From: Fibrobacteria bacterium
GTDB lineage: Bacteria > Fibrobacterota > Chitinivibrionia > Chitinivibrionales > FEN-1185
Reading direction: 5' to 3'
DNA length: 64,000 bases
NCBI GenBank assembly: GCA_037447435.1
Contig: JBBIGR010000001.1
Location: forward strand, 32,001-96,000
The translations under genes were made by a program, and so were the position numbers. This document shows, one piece after another, positions 37,610 through 47,306 of the stretch. The stretch's first letter is position 1, and each line of letters opens with the position of its first letter. The notes beneath the pieces are model-generated. The model saw nothing but the letters and a program-made list of their open reading frames with translations, was not told where the DNA came from and made no database searches.

Positions 37610-38563
37610 TTATTTTTTCATAGTCTCTATGTTCGGGATTTTTTCATAACCGGCGTCGGACGGCTGATGCCGCCAACGCCGATGCATCCATACCCATTGA
37701 TCCGGATACGTTACAATCGTATCTCCGATTGCCGCGTTTATTGTTTCGATGTTTAGAACCAGATCTGATTCCAAGGTTCCGTTATTTACAATCGGTATTT
37801 TTTTTACGAATATTTTATGCGTATCGTTCTTTTGTCGTGCCGTTGTTACGACAAACACCGGCAATTTCGTCCGCATCGCAAGCTTCACCGTTCCGCTGGG
37901 CGTATACGCCAAATGTCCCAAAAAATGTGCGAAAACGCCATCGACGGCCGTATCTTGATCTATAAGAACACCGAACAGCCGGCCTTCGGCCAAAAGCTTT
38001 AAAAACCTGCGGAGATTTTCGGACCGGTGAAGGTACTCGATGTTCTCACCGCTTCGCTGCTGACGGACAAGCGCATCGATACGCTTGTCGTACAACTCCC
38101 GGCCGATGGCAAAGCAGGCGAATCCAAGGGACGCAAAATAATGCAAAAGCATTTCAAAGCATCCGGTATGGGCAACAACGGTCAAGACCCCCTGCTTTCG
38201 GTTATATGCCTCCCACAGCTCGGAAAGGTCGTCGCATTGTACGATTTTGTCTACGTCGCATTTGGACGCCCGGGAAAGATACAACGCGTCAAAAAGGTTT
38301 TTCCCAAGCCCTTTGTAAACATCGGAAGCCAGCGCATGTATTTGTTTGGGCGAAAGCTTTTCGCCGAACACGCGCGTTAAATGTTGCCTCGTCCATTCGC
38401 TTTCCTTCAGAGGCAACGCGTAGATGACTTTGCCCAAAGTCCCGAACAAAAACAGGCCGAGCTTTCTGGGAATCACGCGCCAAACCAGGTAAATGCAAAA
38501 AACCACGGCATAAATGCCGTCGTTTTTTATTTTTTTAAGTCCCGGTTTAATAATACTTCCCAT
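37610..38563 (-). CDS. Lipid A late acyltransferase (LpxL/HtrB family)
   Basis: AHTGCFE, LIDQD, FLGHLAYTP, PDQWVWMHRRW. Confidence 0.92.
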   Translation of the reverse strand: MGSIIKPGLKKIKNDGIYAVVFCIYLVWRVIPRKLGLFLFGTLGKVIYALPLKESEWTRQHLTRVFGEKLSPKQIHALASDVYKGLGKNLFDALYLSRASKCDVDKIVQCDDLSELWEAYNRKQGVLTVVAHTGCFEMLLHYFASLGFACFAIGRELYDKRIDALVRQQRSGENIEYLHRSENLRRFLKLLAEGRLFGVLIDQDTAVDGVFAHFLGHLAYTPSGTVKLAMRTKLPVFVVTTARQKNDTHKIFVKKIPIVNNGTLESDLVLNIETINAAIGDTIVTYPDQWVWMHRRWRHQPSDAGYEKIPNIETMKK

Positions 38564-38568
38564 TCGAT

Positions 38569-41500
38569 TTATGCATGAACGACCGATACCGAAACCTCTG
38601 CCTTCATGTCGTCGATTTCAATTGTCTCCAAAGATGCATTCCCCTCAGGTGAAAAAGACAATCCCGTCGCAAGCGTTTCGCTGCATACGTATTCTTTATG
38701 ATTTGCCAAGGCATCACGAAGTTTTGGCGGACAATTGCATGCGATGATCACGCGATCGGTCACATTGAAATTGCTGGTTTTCCTGATCGTTTGGACGCGA
38801 TTGACAAATTCACGGGCAAAACATTCTTCCAAAAGCGAAACGGAGATTTCCGTGTTGAGCGCCACCGTGATTCCATTCTGGGTTTCGACTTCGACGCCGC
38901 TGCGTTTAGTGCGACGGATCTCAATGTCGTCTATAGACAACTGCGTACCGAGCACCTCGCGTTTTTCACCCTGTTCCAGCGCGGTAATATCGTTGGCCGT
39001 AAATGCTTCAATGATTTTAGCGGCCTCCTTCATTTTTGGACCGAACGCCTTACCGAGTTTTTTGAAATTGGCCTTTGCCGACAACATGACGACGGAATTT
39101 TCGTTGTCGCTGAATATGACCGTTTTGACGTTCAGTTCTTCTTTGATGAGCGTTTCCATTTCGCCAAGCAGGCTTCTGAGCGCCGCATCGCGGATAACCA
39201 CGGTCATATCGGCCAAAGGCTGGCGGATTTTAAGATTATATCTGCTCCGCAAAGCCCGTCCCATAGACACTATGGAACGTATCAGATGCATTTTGTTGTC
39301 GAGCGCCTCGTCGAACAGCGAATCGTCGCTTTTAGGGAAATCAGCGCAATGGACACTCGCCGGCGCAGCCGGATCCCTTTTTGCGACAAGGTTCCGGTAA
39401 ATCGCTTCTGTAAGAAACGGCAAAAACGGTGCCATGACTTTTGAGAAATCGACAAGAACGACGTACAAGGTGTTGTATGCGTCGTTCTTGTCTGTGTCGT
39501 TTTCACTTTTCCAAAACCTGCGGCGTGAACGGCGAATATACCAGTTTGTCAGGTTGTCGATGAATTCGACCAGCAAAGGAACGACCTTATACAGGTTGTA
39601 CTCTTCCATTTCCTTATTCACGGAGCCGATCAGATTATTCAGTTCCGACACAATCCAGCGATCGAGTTCGTTGCCGCTTTTTGCTGCGGTGCCCGCCTTC
39701 GGCGGCTGCCAGCCGTCGACATTCGCATACGTCACAAAAAACGTATACGCATTGAAAAACGGTAAAAGAACCGCACGGGACATTTCCTGCACGCCGCTCT
39801 CGGAAAACCGCAGATCCTCCGCCTTGACAGCAGGTGAATTTATAAGAAACAGCCGAAGCGCGTCGGCGCCGAGTTTATTCAGCACTTCCTGCGGCGGCGC
39901 GTAGTTTTTGAGCCGCTTTGAAAGCTTTTTTCCTTCTTCGGACAAAATGATGCCGTTGACAATGACGTTTTTAAACGCCGATTTATCGAAAAGAGCGGAC
40001 GATAAAACCGTGAGCGTGTAAAACCACCCGCGGGTCTGGTCCAATCCTTCGGCAATGAAATCGGCAGGGAAATTGGCATCAAATGTTTTGGCATTCTCAA
40101 AAGGATAATGATTTTGCGCATAGGGCATTGAACCCGATTCGAACCAGCAATCCAAAACTTCGGGAGTCCGTTTCATCGACTTGTTGCATTTCGGGCATTT
40201 CAATTCCAATTTGTCTATGACATGGCGGTGCAAATCGTTTGCCGGAATTTCGGCAAAGCTCCCCGCTTCAATCGCCGCTTTTGCCGGGTCTTTTTCAAGG
40301 GATTTCCTTTTTTGACCCACGATATTTTTCACCGATGCTATGGCCTGGTCATGCAACATTGCGCCTTTGTTCGCATCGCCGCTGCCGCACATTGCATGGA
40401 ACGTCGCAAGGTCGCCGACGCATTCGGTATGACCGCATTCACATTGCCATATCGGAATAGGCGTCCCCCAATACCGGTTGCGTGAAATATTCCAATCGGG
40501 CGCGCTTTCTATGCCTTTGCCGAAACGGCCGTTTTGCAAATGTGAAGGAACCCAGTGAATTCCCCGATTGTTTTCGAGCATGTTCTTTTTCAAGGGTTCG
40601 ATTTTCATGAACCATGTCGTAATCGCTTTGTAAATGAGCGGCGAATCGCAGCGATAGCAATGGGGATAGCGATGTTCCATGGTGCTGCGGTGAAAAAGCC
40701 TTCCCATTGTTTTGATACGCTTGATGATGTCGCTGTCCGCCTCAAAGACGAGTTTTCCCTGATAGTCGGGAACCTCGGCCGTGAACTTGGCTTCGTCGTC
40801 GATGGGGCATACGACCGGCAAACCGAGTTTTTTCCCGACCGTAAAGTCGTCTTCGCCGAATGCGGGTGCGATATGGACAATACCGGTACCGTCTTCGGTC
40901 GAAACGAAATCGGCGCAGGTTATTGAGAAAAACTTGTCGGAGACTTTGGCAAAATAGTCGAACATCGGAACATATCGCAGTCCGGCGAGGTCTTTGCCCG
41001 ACATTTCCTCCAGAACGGAATAGGATGTCGCATCTTTATAATAGGCGGCAATCCGGTCTTTTGCAATGATGTAGGTCTGGTCTTTGTCCTGTATCTTTAC
41101 ATAACGGATGTCGGCGCCGACGGCGCAAGCCACGTTCGACGGCAAGGTCCACGGCGTGGTGGTCCAGACCAGGAGCCTGACCGACGGGTCGTTGACAAGG
41201 GGAAAGCTCACCGTCACCGACGGGCTTTGAACGTCCTTGTATCCTTCATTCATTTCGAAATTCGAAAGCGGCGTTGCACAGCGGGGGCAATACGGCTGAA
41301 CGCGGAACCCCTGATAAATGAGCCCCTTTTTCCACATCTGTGAAAAAACCCACCAGATGCTTTCCATAAAGGGAGCATCCATGGTGCGGTATTGATTGTC
41401 GAAATCGACCCATCGGCCCATGCGCTGCACCACGGTTTTCCATTCGGACGTATACCGTAAAACTATCGACCGGCAAATTTCGTTAAATAGCTCGATTCCC

Positions 41501-41844
41501 CAAACATCTTCGATGGCATGTTTACTGATGCCGTGTTCCTTTTCGACTTCATTCTCCACAGGCAGGCCATGGCAATCCCAGCCGAAACGGCGCTCGACAT
41601 AGCGGCCGCGCATGGTCCAATACCGGGGAACTATGTCCTTGATCGTACCGGCAAGCAAATGGCCGTAATGCGGCAATCCGGTCGCAAACGGCGGGCCGTC
41701 AAAGAACACGAAGGAGTCGTTTTCTTTGCGATTATCGATACTTTTATGGAAAGACTTTTCGGTGTTCCAAAACGAAAGAATTTCTTCCTCGATACTCGGA
41801 AGGCTCGTGCGTGCGTTTACCGGATCAAAAACCTGTTTCGTCAT
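38569..41844 (-). CDS. ileS: Isoleucyl-tRNA synthetase, type 2
   Basis: DGPPFATGLPHYGH, GWDCHGLP, WTTTPWTLPSN, DWNISRNRYWGTP, EGLDQTRGWF, KLSKR, WYIRRSRRRFW. Confidence 0.97.
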   Translation of the reverse strand: MTKQVFDPVNARTSLPSIEEEILSFWNTEKSFHKSIDNRKENDSFVFFDGPPFATGLPHYGHLLAGTIKDIVPRYWTMRGRYVERRFGWDCHGLPVENEVEKEHGISKHAIEDVWGIELFNEICRSIVLRYTSEWKTVVQRMGRWVDFDNQYRTMDAPFMESIWWVFSQMWKKGLIYQGFRVQPYCPRCATPLSNFEMNEGYKDVQSPSVTVSFPLVNDPSVRLLVWTTTPWTLPSNVACAVGADIRYVKIQDKDQTYIIAKDRIAAYYKDATSYSVLEEMSGKDLAGLRYVPMFDYFAKVSDKFFSITCADFVSTEDGTGIVHIAPAFGEDDFTVGKKLGLPVVCPIDDEAKFTAEVPDYQGKLVFEADSDIIKRIKTMGRLFHRSTMEHRYPHCYRCDSPLIYKAITTWFMKIEPLKKNMLENNRGIHWVPSHLQNGRFGKGIESAPDWNISRNRYWGTPIPIWQCECGHTECVGDLATFHAMCGSGDANKGAMLHDQAIASVKNIVGQKRKSLEKDPAKAAIEAGSFAEIPANDLHRHVIDKLELKCPKCNKSMKRTPEVLDCWFESGSMPYAQNHYPFENAKTFDANFPADFIAEGLDQTRGWFYTLTVLSSALFDKSAFKNVIVNGIILSEEGKKLSKRLKNYAPPQEVLNKLGADALRLFLINSPAVKAEDLRFSESGVQEMSRAVLLPFFNAYTFFVTYANVDGWQPPKAGTAAKSGNELDRWIVSELNNLIGSVNKEMEEYNLYKVVPLLVEFIDNLTNWYIRRSRRRFWKSENDTDKNDAYNTLYVVLVDFSKVMAPFLPFLTEAIYRNLVAKRDPAAPASVHCADFPKSDDSLFDEALDNKMHLIRSIVSMGRALRSRYNLKIRQPLADMTVVIRDAALRSLLGEMETLIKEELNVKTVIFSDNENSVVMLSAKANFKKLGKAFGPKMKEAAKIIEAFTANDITALEQGEKREVLGTQLSIDDIEIRRTKRSGVEVETQNGITVALNTEISVSLLEECFAREFVNRVQTIRKTSNFNVTDRVIIACNCPPKLRDALANHKEYVCSETLATGLSFSPEGNASLETIEIDDMKAEVSVSVVHA

Positions 41845-41865
41845 TATGCTGGTCCCTTTTATCTT

Positions 41866-42690
41866 TTATAAAGCTTGCAATGTCTTTTCGATGAGCGTTA
41901 CCAATTTCGGTTCCGCGGCGGTCGCTATGGCGATGATCTTTTTGATGTCTGCGGGCTCGAGGCAATCGGGCAAACAGGCATCGGTGATGACCGAAAGTCC
42001 CAGTATCTTCATGTTACACGATACTCCTGCAATGACTTCGGGGACCGTGCTCATGCCTATGGCATCCGCGCCGATGGTTTTAAGCATTCGGTATTCGGCC
42101 TTGGTTTCTAGACACGGGCCGCTCATGGCTGCATACACGCCGTTTGCAAGGGGAATTTTATTTTCAATGGCGATTTTACGGATAAGATCGAGCAATTTCT
42201 TTGAGTACGGCTCGCTCATGTCGGGGAAGCGGGGACCGATGCGGTCATCGTTCGGCCCGATAAGCGGGTTCGTTCCCAGTAAATTGATATGATCGGTGAT
42301 TGCCATAATGGTTCCGGGCGGGTATAAGGGATTGATGCCGCCTGCTGCGTTCGAAACAATAAGCGTATGGATTTGCATGAATTTCATGACGCGTACAGGG
42401 AATACGATTTGGTTCATGGTATAGCCTTCGTAAAAATGAAAGCGTCCCTGCATGGCCATGACGTTTTTATTTCCCAAGGTGCCGATGATAAGCTTTCCCG
42501 CGTGGGTTTCGATTGTTGACACAGGAAAATGGGGGATTTCTTCGTACGGTATGACGGTTTCCACCTTTATGGAATCCACGAGTTTACCGAGGCCGGTACC
42601 TAAAATGATGCCGAATTCGGGCCTTGCTTTTGTTTTGCTTTCGATAAAGGCCTTTGCCTCTTGGATCATATCATAAGTTGCCGCCATCAC
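41866..42690 (-). CDS. punA: Purine nucleoside phosphorylase (trimeric family)
   Basis: IILGTGLG, QGRFHFYEG, SNAAGG, GPRFPDMS, GMSTVPE. Confidence 0.93.
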   Translation of the reverse strand: MMAATYDMIQEAKAFIESKTKARPEFGIILGTGLGKLVDSIKVETVIPYEEIPHFPVSTIETHAGKLIIGTLGNKNVMAMQGRFHFYEGYTMNQIVFPVRVMKFMQIHTLIVSNAAGGINPLYPPGTIMAITDHINLLGTNPLIGPNDDRIGPRFPDMSEPYSKKLLDLIRKIAIENKIPLANGVYAAMSGPCLETKAEYRMLKTIGADAIGMSTVPEVIAGVSCNMKILGLSVITDACLPDCLEPADIKKIIAIATAAEPKLVTLIEKTLQAL

Positions 42691-42967
42691 TCGCCCCTTT
42701 TGTTTGAATAGGTCAAAACTATACTTCTTTATATATAGACTCTTTAAAATAATCCATGGAGCGATAATTTTTATCGTTTTGGTTTTTTAAGCGGTTTTGC
42801 AAACTGTTTTCTATAAGAAAACGGTTTTGCTACCAACTCTTTTTTTTGATTCGAAGCTGAAGTATTATTAATGAAGAACAATAAATTAAAAAGTCCAGAT
42901 TCTTTAATGCAAGTAACTGGCAAACTACAACTTGAAGAACAAACTGCACACCCACCGGAGATTCTCT

Positions 42968-44788
42968 ATGACTGGAACAAGATTATCAACAAAAATTGCA
43001 GCAATATTTTTAATAATAGATGTAGTAACAACGGTTAGTTCGGCACAAACATTTTGGAAAAGGACATATGGGCAATCTCTTTATTCAAGCACTCTTTTTT
43101 CAACAATAACTTCAACCGTAGATGGAAATTTTTTAATCGCCGAATCAAAATCTAGTAATTCTAAAGATTATCTTTATATTTTAAAAATTAAGCCAAATGG
43201 AGATACGCTTTGGACAAAAACGTACTTTGGCTTAGATATCGAAATAGCCAACGTTATAGCTCCTTGCTTAGACGGAACCTTCCTAATTGTCGGAGAAACA
43301 TCTTCTATTGTCAATGGGGTAGTGGTTAATTATTTTTTAAAAATAAAGCCAAACGGAGATACGCTTTGGACAAAAATATTTGCGAACCCTGACTTTCATA
43401 TGAATGCAATTAAGCAGACCGCAGATGGAAATTTTATAATTGTTGGATCCACCTATTTGGATCAAAGTGGAAGGAACTTAAATCTTTACAAAATTACTCC
43501 AGATGGAAATACTCTTTGGACAAAGACGTATGGCGATTCGGGCAAAGTTCTAAATCCGATCTTGCAAACACCTGATGGTAATTTCATCTTAACAGGAACT
43601 ACTCCTAGTAATTCCGGCTTTAATACTATTTATCTTTTGAAAATTAATGCGAATGGAGATTCTCTTTGGCGTAAAACATTTGGCGATTCGGGTAGCGATT
43701 TTTTAACCAATACAATAATACCTACTTCTGATGGTAATTTCCTCATAGCAGGATCTACAACACCAAGAGACTACATTGATAACAAGGTATTTCTTTTAAA
43801 AATTAATCAAAAAGGCGATTCAATTTGGAGCAAAACATATAGCCGAAGTCCTCTTTCTACGGCCGAGTCGATAACATCAACTTCTGATGGTAATTATATT
43901 GTGACAGGTTCTGATGGGTGTTTCCCATGTCAATCCGGATCTAGAGAAATTTTTATACTAAAAATTAAGCCAAACGGCGATACTCTATGGACAGGAACTT
44001 ATAATGGCGCGGGGTCGGCTACCCCTTACCAATCCATACTAACTTCTGATGGCAATTTCATCCTATTGGGACGTACCTCTTCATATACCGGAACACAATA
44101 CGATTATCTATTAAAAATTTCTAAAAATGGGGATTATCTCTGGAGTTATATGGATAGCTTAACTAATACAGGGTTTGATGGCATTTCGTTTTTATCGCCA
44201 ACCTCTGATGGGAATTTTATTGGTTTAGGATCAAAGCTGGTTTGTATTATTGATGATAGATACGCCTACAAAAACTCCCTTTTCAATTTTAAAATTCCAA
44301 CCTATAACGACTCATTAAATTTTGGCTACGCCCCACTTAAAATTCCCTCCGGTATGACCGTTTCTCCTGGCGGTACCGTTTCCTGGACGCCGCAAACCGA
44401 TTCTTCATATATGACTCATGTTGAATACGTTGTCGCAGACGACAAAGGACAAAAGGGTACCTTGACATTTAATATTTTTGTCAACAGCAAAGAAATTCCA
44501 AACAAATTAATCAATCCGACAAGTTTTTCGAAAAATTCAAATAACCCTTTGAGCATTGGAATTTCTTCCGCAACAGCTTTTGTATCTTTTTCCACACCTC
44601 CAAATACTAACATCCTCGGCATTTACGATATTCGCGGCAGCCTTGTCGCAAAACTATCGACGACCAACAATTCCGTCTTATGGCATGGTACAAATTCCTC
44701 TGGTAGTCCCGTTTCTGCAGGAAGATATTTCGTAAAAGCTTTGGATGGAAATGTTAAAGAAGCAAAGCCGTTTGTGTTTGTGAGATAG
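42968..44788 (+). CDS. Secreted beta-propeller repeat protein with an Ig-like domain and a FlgD-Ig/T9SS-like C-terminal domain
   Basis: Signal peptide; eight repeats of T.DGNF...G...LKI..NGD.LW.KTY; PSGMTVSPGGTVSWTP; IYDIRGSLV...W.G.N..G..VSAGRYFVK. Confidence 0.82.
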   Translation: MTGTRLSTKIAAIFLIIDVVTTVSSAQTFWKRTYGQSLYSSTLFSTITSTVDGNFLIAESKSSNSKDYLYILKIKPNGDTLWTKTYFGLDIEIANVIAPCLDGTFLIVGETSSIVNGVVVNYFLKIKPNGDTLWTKIFANPDFHMNAIKQTADGNFIIVGSTYLDQSGRNLNLYKITPDGNTLWTKTYGDSGKVLNPILQTPDGNFILTGTTPSNSGFNTIYLLKINANGDSLWRKTFGDSGSDFLTNTIIPTSDGNFLIAGSTTPRDYIDNKVFLLKINQKGDSIWSKTYSRSPLSTAESITSTSDGNYIVTGSDGCFPCQSGSREIFILKIKPNGDTLWTGTYNGAGSATPYQSILTSDGNFILLGRTSSYTGTQYDYLLKISKNGDYLWSYMDSLTNTGFDGISFLSPTSDGNFIGLGSKLVCIIDDRYAYKNSLFNFKIPTYNDSLNFGYAPLKIPSGMTVSPGGTVSWTPQTDSSYMTHVEYVVADDKGQKGTLTFNIFVNSKEIPNKLINPTSFSKNSNNPLSIGISSATAFVSFSTPPNTNILGIYDIRGSLVAKLSTTNNSVLWHGTNSSGSPVSAGRYFVKALDGNVKEAKPFVFVR

Positions 44789-44836
44789 AACTGGAGACAT
44801 TACGTTGAACGTCTCACTTGTTTTTTTAGAATATTT

Positions 44837-45103
44837 TCATTTTAAGTCGGCTTCAACTTCGCTTTTTGTCATGCCAAAGATTTCAACCACTTTGCTTTTA
44901 GAAGTTTCGCCGCGTTTGATGGAAATGCGGGATTTTGGGATGTCGAGGGTGTTGGACAAAAATTCTATGAGGGCCGCATTTGCTCGGCCGTCTATCGGCG
45001 GGGCATTGACCCGGACATGGACAATGCCGTCCGCTTCGACGCTTATGGAACATTGTTTCGCGTTCGGCTTGAGCCGGACTTCGATGGTGCAAGACTGTTG
45101 CAC
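44837..45103 (-). CDS. yggU: DUF167 (YggU) family protein
   Basis: VRLKPNAK, APPIDGRAN.ALI.FLS, GETSKSK. Confidence 0.92.
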   Translation of the reverse strand: MQQSCTIEVRLKPNAKQCSISVEADGIVHVRVNAPPIDGRANAALIEFLSNTLDIPKSRISIKRGETSKSKVVEIFGMTKSEVEADLK

Positions 45104-45664
45104 TTACAAATCGAGATTCGAGGAAATATGGGGATGCGAAGGAATCTCGTCCATAGTCTCTTCTTCGTCAATTGACTCGATAGAATGCTTCATTTCGTTG
45201 CGCGAGCCTGTTTTCAGGTCGTCGCCGATGACGGCCAAAAGTTCGAGCTGCGTCTTGAGCATCGAACGGAAACGGGCCAAAAAACTGTCGCGCTGGTTTT
45301 TTAGCGACACAAGCTCGCTTTCGAGCCCGTGAACCCGCTTGCGGGTTTCGTCTTCATAACGGCCGGCGCGGATTTGCGCGTCTTTTATTATCAGATCCGC
45401 TTCCTTTTGCGCATGCATGCGAGCCTCGTCGGTTGCTTTTTGCGCAGTAAGCAGCGTGTCGTGCAAGGTTTTTTCTATGGTAACATACGAATCGAGCCGT
45501 TCTTCAAGATGCTTGATTCGTATGGCGTAGTCGTCGTTCTGACGGATAAGCGTTTCATATTCTGTCGCGACCTGGTCCAAAAAAGAGTGGATCTGGTCCG
45601 GATCCAGACCGCGAAGCGTTTTCCGAAACGGCATTTTTCGTATATCAAGAGGCGTGAGACGCAT
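45104..45664 (-). CDS. divIVA: DivIVA domain protein
   Basis: MRLTPLDIRK..F.K.LRG.D..QI..FLD followed by coiled coil. Confidence 0.92.
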   Translation of the reverse strand: MRLTPLDIRKMPFRKTLRGLDPDQIHSFLDQVATEYETLIRQNDDYAIRIKHLEERLDSYVTIEKTLHDTLLTAQKATDEARMHAQKEADLIIKDAQIRAGRYEDETRKRVHGLESELVSLKNQRDSFLARFRSMLKTQLELLAVIGDDLKTGSRNEMKHSIESIDEEETMDEIPSHPHISSNLDL

Positions 45665-45700
45665 TTGTACTCCCTTTTTTATTCTTAGTCGCTATTATTT

Positions 45701-46054
45701 TTATTTTGTATTCCCATTGGAATATTTCGGTTTTTGTTCTGCACATTGCAAAGCTGAATATTCTGTTGATTGTGTCAACTTTACAAAATCCTCAACATAT
45801 TCCGGCCAATCATGAAGGATTTCAGGGTCAAAATCAGCGCCATTAGGCCAAACAACCGTATGAATTTCCTTATCGATAACGGCTCTATTAAAAAGGATTT
45901 CATCCTTAAGTGGTCCGTAAATCGGCCCTTGCAAAATCGGAAAAAAATCAATAGTACGGACCAGTCCATCATCAAAAGACAATTTCAACGAATACGGACC
46001 GACAAACTCTATTGAAATGATTTTATAGATTTTATGGTCCATTTTTTTGCTCAC
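45701..46054 (-). CDS. DUF2442 domain protein (putative antitoxin partner)
   Basis: L.LSFDDG, GPIYGPLKD, TVVWPNGADFDPE.L. Confidence 0.85.
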   Translation of the reverse strand: MSKKMDHKIYKIISIEFVGPYSLKLSFDDGLVRTIDFFPILQGPIYGPLKDEILFNRAVIDKEIHTVVWPNGADFDPEILHDWPEYVEDFVKLTQSTEYSALQCAEQKPKYSNGNTK

Positions 46055-46320
46055 ATTAAAGGTTGGATAGGGTCCGGCAATCGTCCGGATTGCAACTTAT
46101 CCCAATCCATTTTTAAGTCATCTGAATGGAGCTCCGCCCACGCCTCGACAAATCTTGATTGGCGTTTTGGCAAACTCCCACCTATCAATTCAACCGGATC
46201 AAACGCGTATATCGCAATGTCTTCCTGGTAATATGCATGAAAATGCGGTAAATGATGCTTTACAGAGGGTTCCGCAAACATTCGAATTATAATACCGAAA
46301 AATCTTGCAATTTCCGGCAA
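46051..46320 (-). CDS. DUF4160 domain protein (putative toxin partner)
   Basis: MPEIARFFGIIIRMF, H.LPHFHAYY, GSLP, VEAWAELH..DL..DW; TTG start at 46320; 4-bp overlap with DUF2442 gene. Confidence 0.85.
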   Translation of the reverse strand: MPEIARFFGIIIRMFAEPSVKHHLPHFHAYYQEDIAIYAFDPVELIGGSLPKRQSRFVEAWAELHSDDLKMDWDKLQSGRLPDPIQPLM

Positions 46321-46410
46321 AATTGCCCCTTTTAACAAAGCCACTCAATTTATTCAAAATACAATGCTTTTTTGTTCTTAGCAACCATTCATCTTAGACT
46401 CAATTAATTG

Positions 46411-47124
46411 CTACACTGCTGGATATTCTCTTTGCCCTAAAAGCAAAGTACCCACCCGAATTATTGTAGACCCTTCGGCTATTGCCCATTCGAAATCCGA
46501 ACTCATTCCCATGGAAAGTTCGATGCGGGGGGCCAAATCTTTGCATTGCTCGGAAAGCTTCCGAAGGCCTGCAAAGGCATTTCGTGTCACGGATTCCGTT
46601 GCGTTCAAAGGCCCTATGGTCATGAGTCCGCAAAATTCCAATGCTTTACTTTGAGCGATTCTGCGGGCGATTTCAACGCAATCCTGCGCCGCACACCCGG
46701 ATTTTGTTTCTTCGTCGGACGTTTTTACCTGAACGAGCACTTTTATTTTTGAGTGCGGATCTTTTGCCGCGTTTTCGATTTTTTCCACAAGCCGAACACT
46801 GTCTATCGATTGAATCCACGACACAAGCGGAACGACTTTGTTGACTTTATTGCTTTGCAAATGACCAATAAGGTGCATCGTGAAAACGCCCTTTAAATGC
46901 GGCACTTTTGCTTCTATTTCCTGTACCCTGTTTTCGGCAATGTCCGTAATACCGGCGTCTATGACCGCCTGAGCGGTTTCGACGGGATGCGTTTTGGTCA
47001 CGACAATGGTCCGTACATCCATAGGATCACGGCCGCAAGCCCGGCACGTTGCCGAGACTTTCTCCTGTAAAGCATCGTATCTGTTTCGGATCGTCGTACT
47101 ATCCATTCGTATTCCATTGGACAA
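46411..47124 (-). CDS. yggS: Pyridoxal phosphate homeostasis protein YggS
   Basis: VVTKTHP, ENRVQE, HLIGHLQSNK, GLMTIG, LSMGMSSDF..AIAEGST.IRVGT. Confidence 0.95.
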   Translation of the reverse strand: MSNGIRMDSTTIRNRYDALQEKVSATCRACGRDPMDVRTIVVTKTHPVETAQAVIDAGITDIAENRVQEIEAKVPHLKGVFTMHLIGHLQSNKVNKVVPLVSWIQSIDSVRLVEKIENAAKDPHSKIKVLVQVKTSDEETKSGCAAQDCVEIARRIAQSKALEFCGLMTIGPLNATESVTRNAFAGLRKLSEQCKDLAPRIELSMGMSSDFEWAIAEGSTIIRVGTLLLGQREYPAV

Positions 47125-47306
47125 GGATTAAAAACAGGTGCTGAGCAACTGAGTAGTAGGTTGTTTTAAATATAATATGAATTCGCATTCAAAATGGCCC
47201 ATCAACCCTCCGGGCCGTTACGCACGGCCATTCCCTGTTGCGATAAGTATTTTACTGAGGTAATTACAAATTGTTCATATTTCTCCAGAATTGACACAAG
47301 GCTACC

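Noticed and set aside
38698..39904. Long antisense ORFs opposite ileS, and similar ones opposite other genes
   Set aside because: Shadow ORFs of strongly supported genes with no motifs of their own.
43000..44230. Regularly spaced DNA repeats as a CRISPR or DGR template
   Set aside because: The roughly 150-bp periodicity is explained by beta-propeller blade repeats; no reverse transcriptase or cas gene is in the window.
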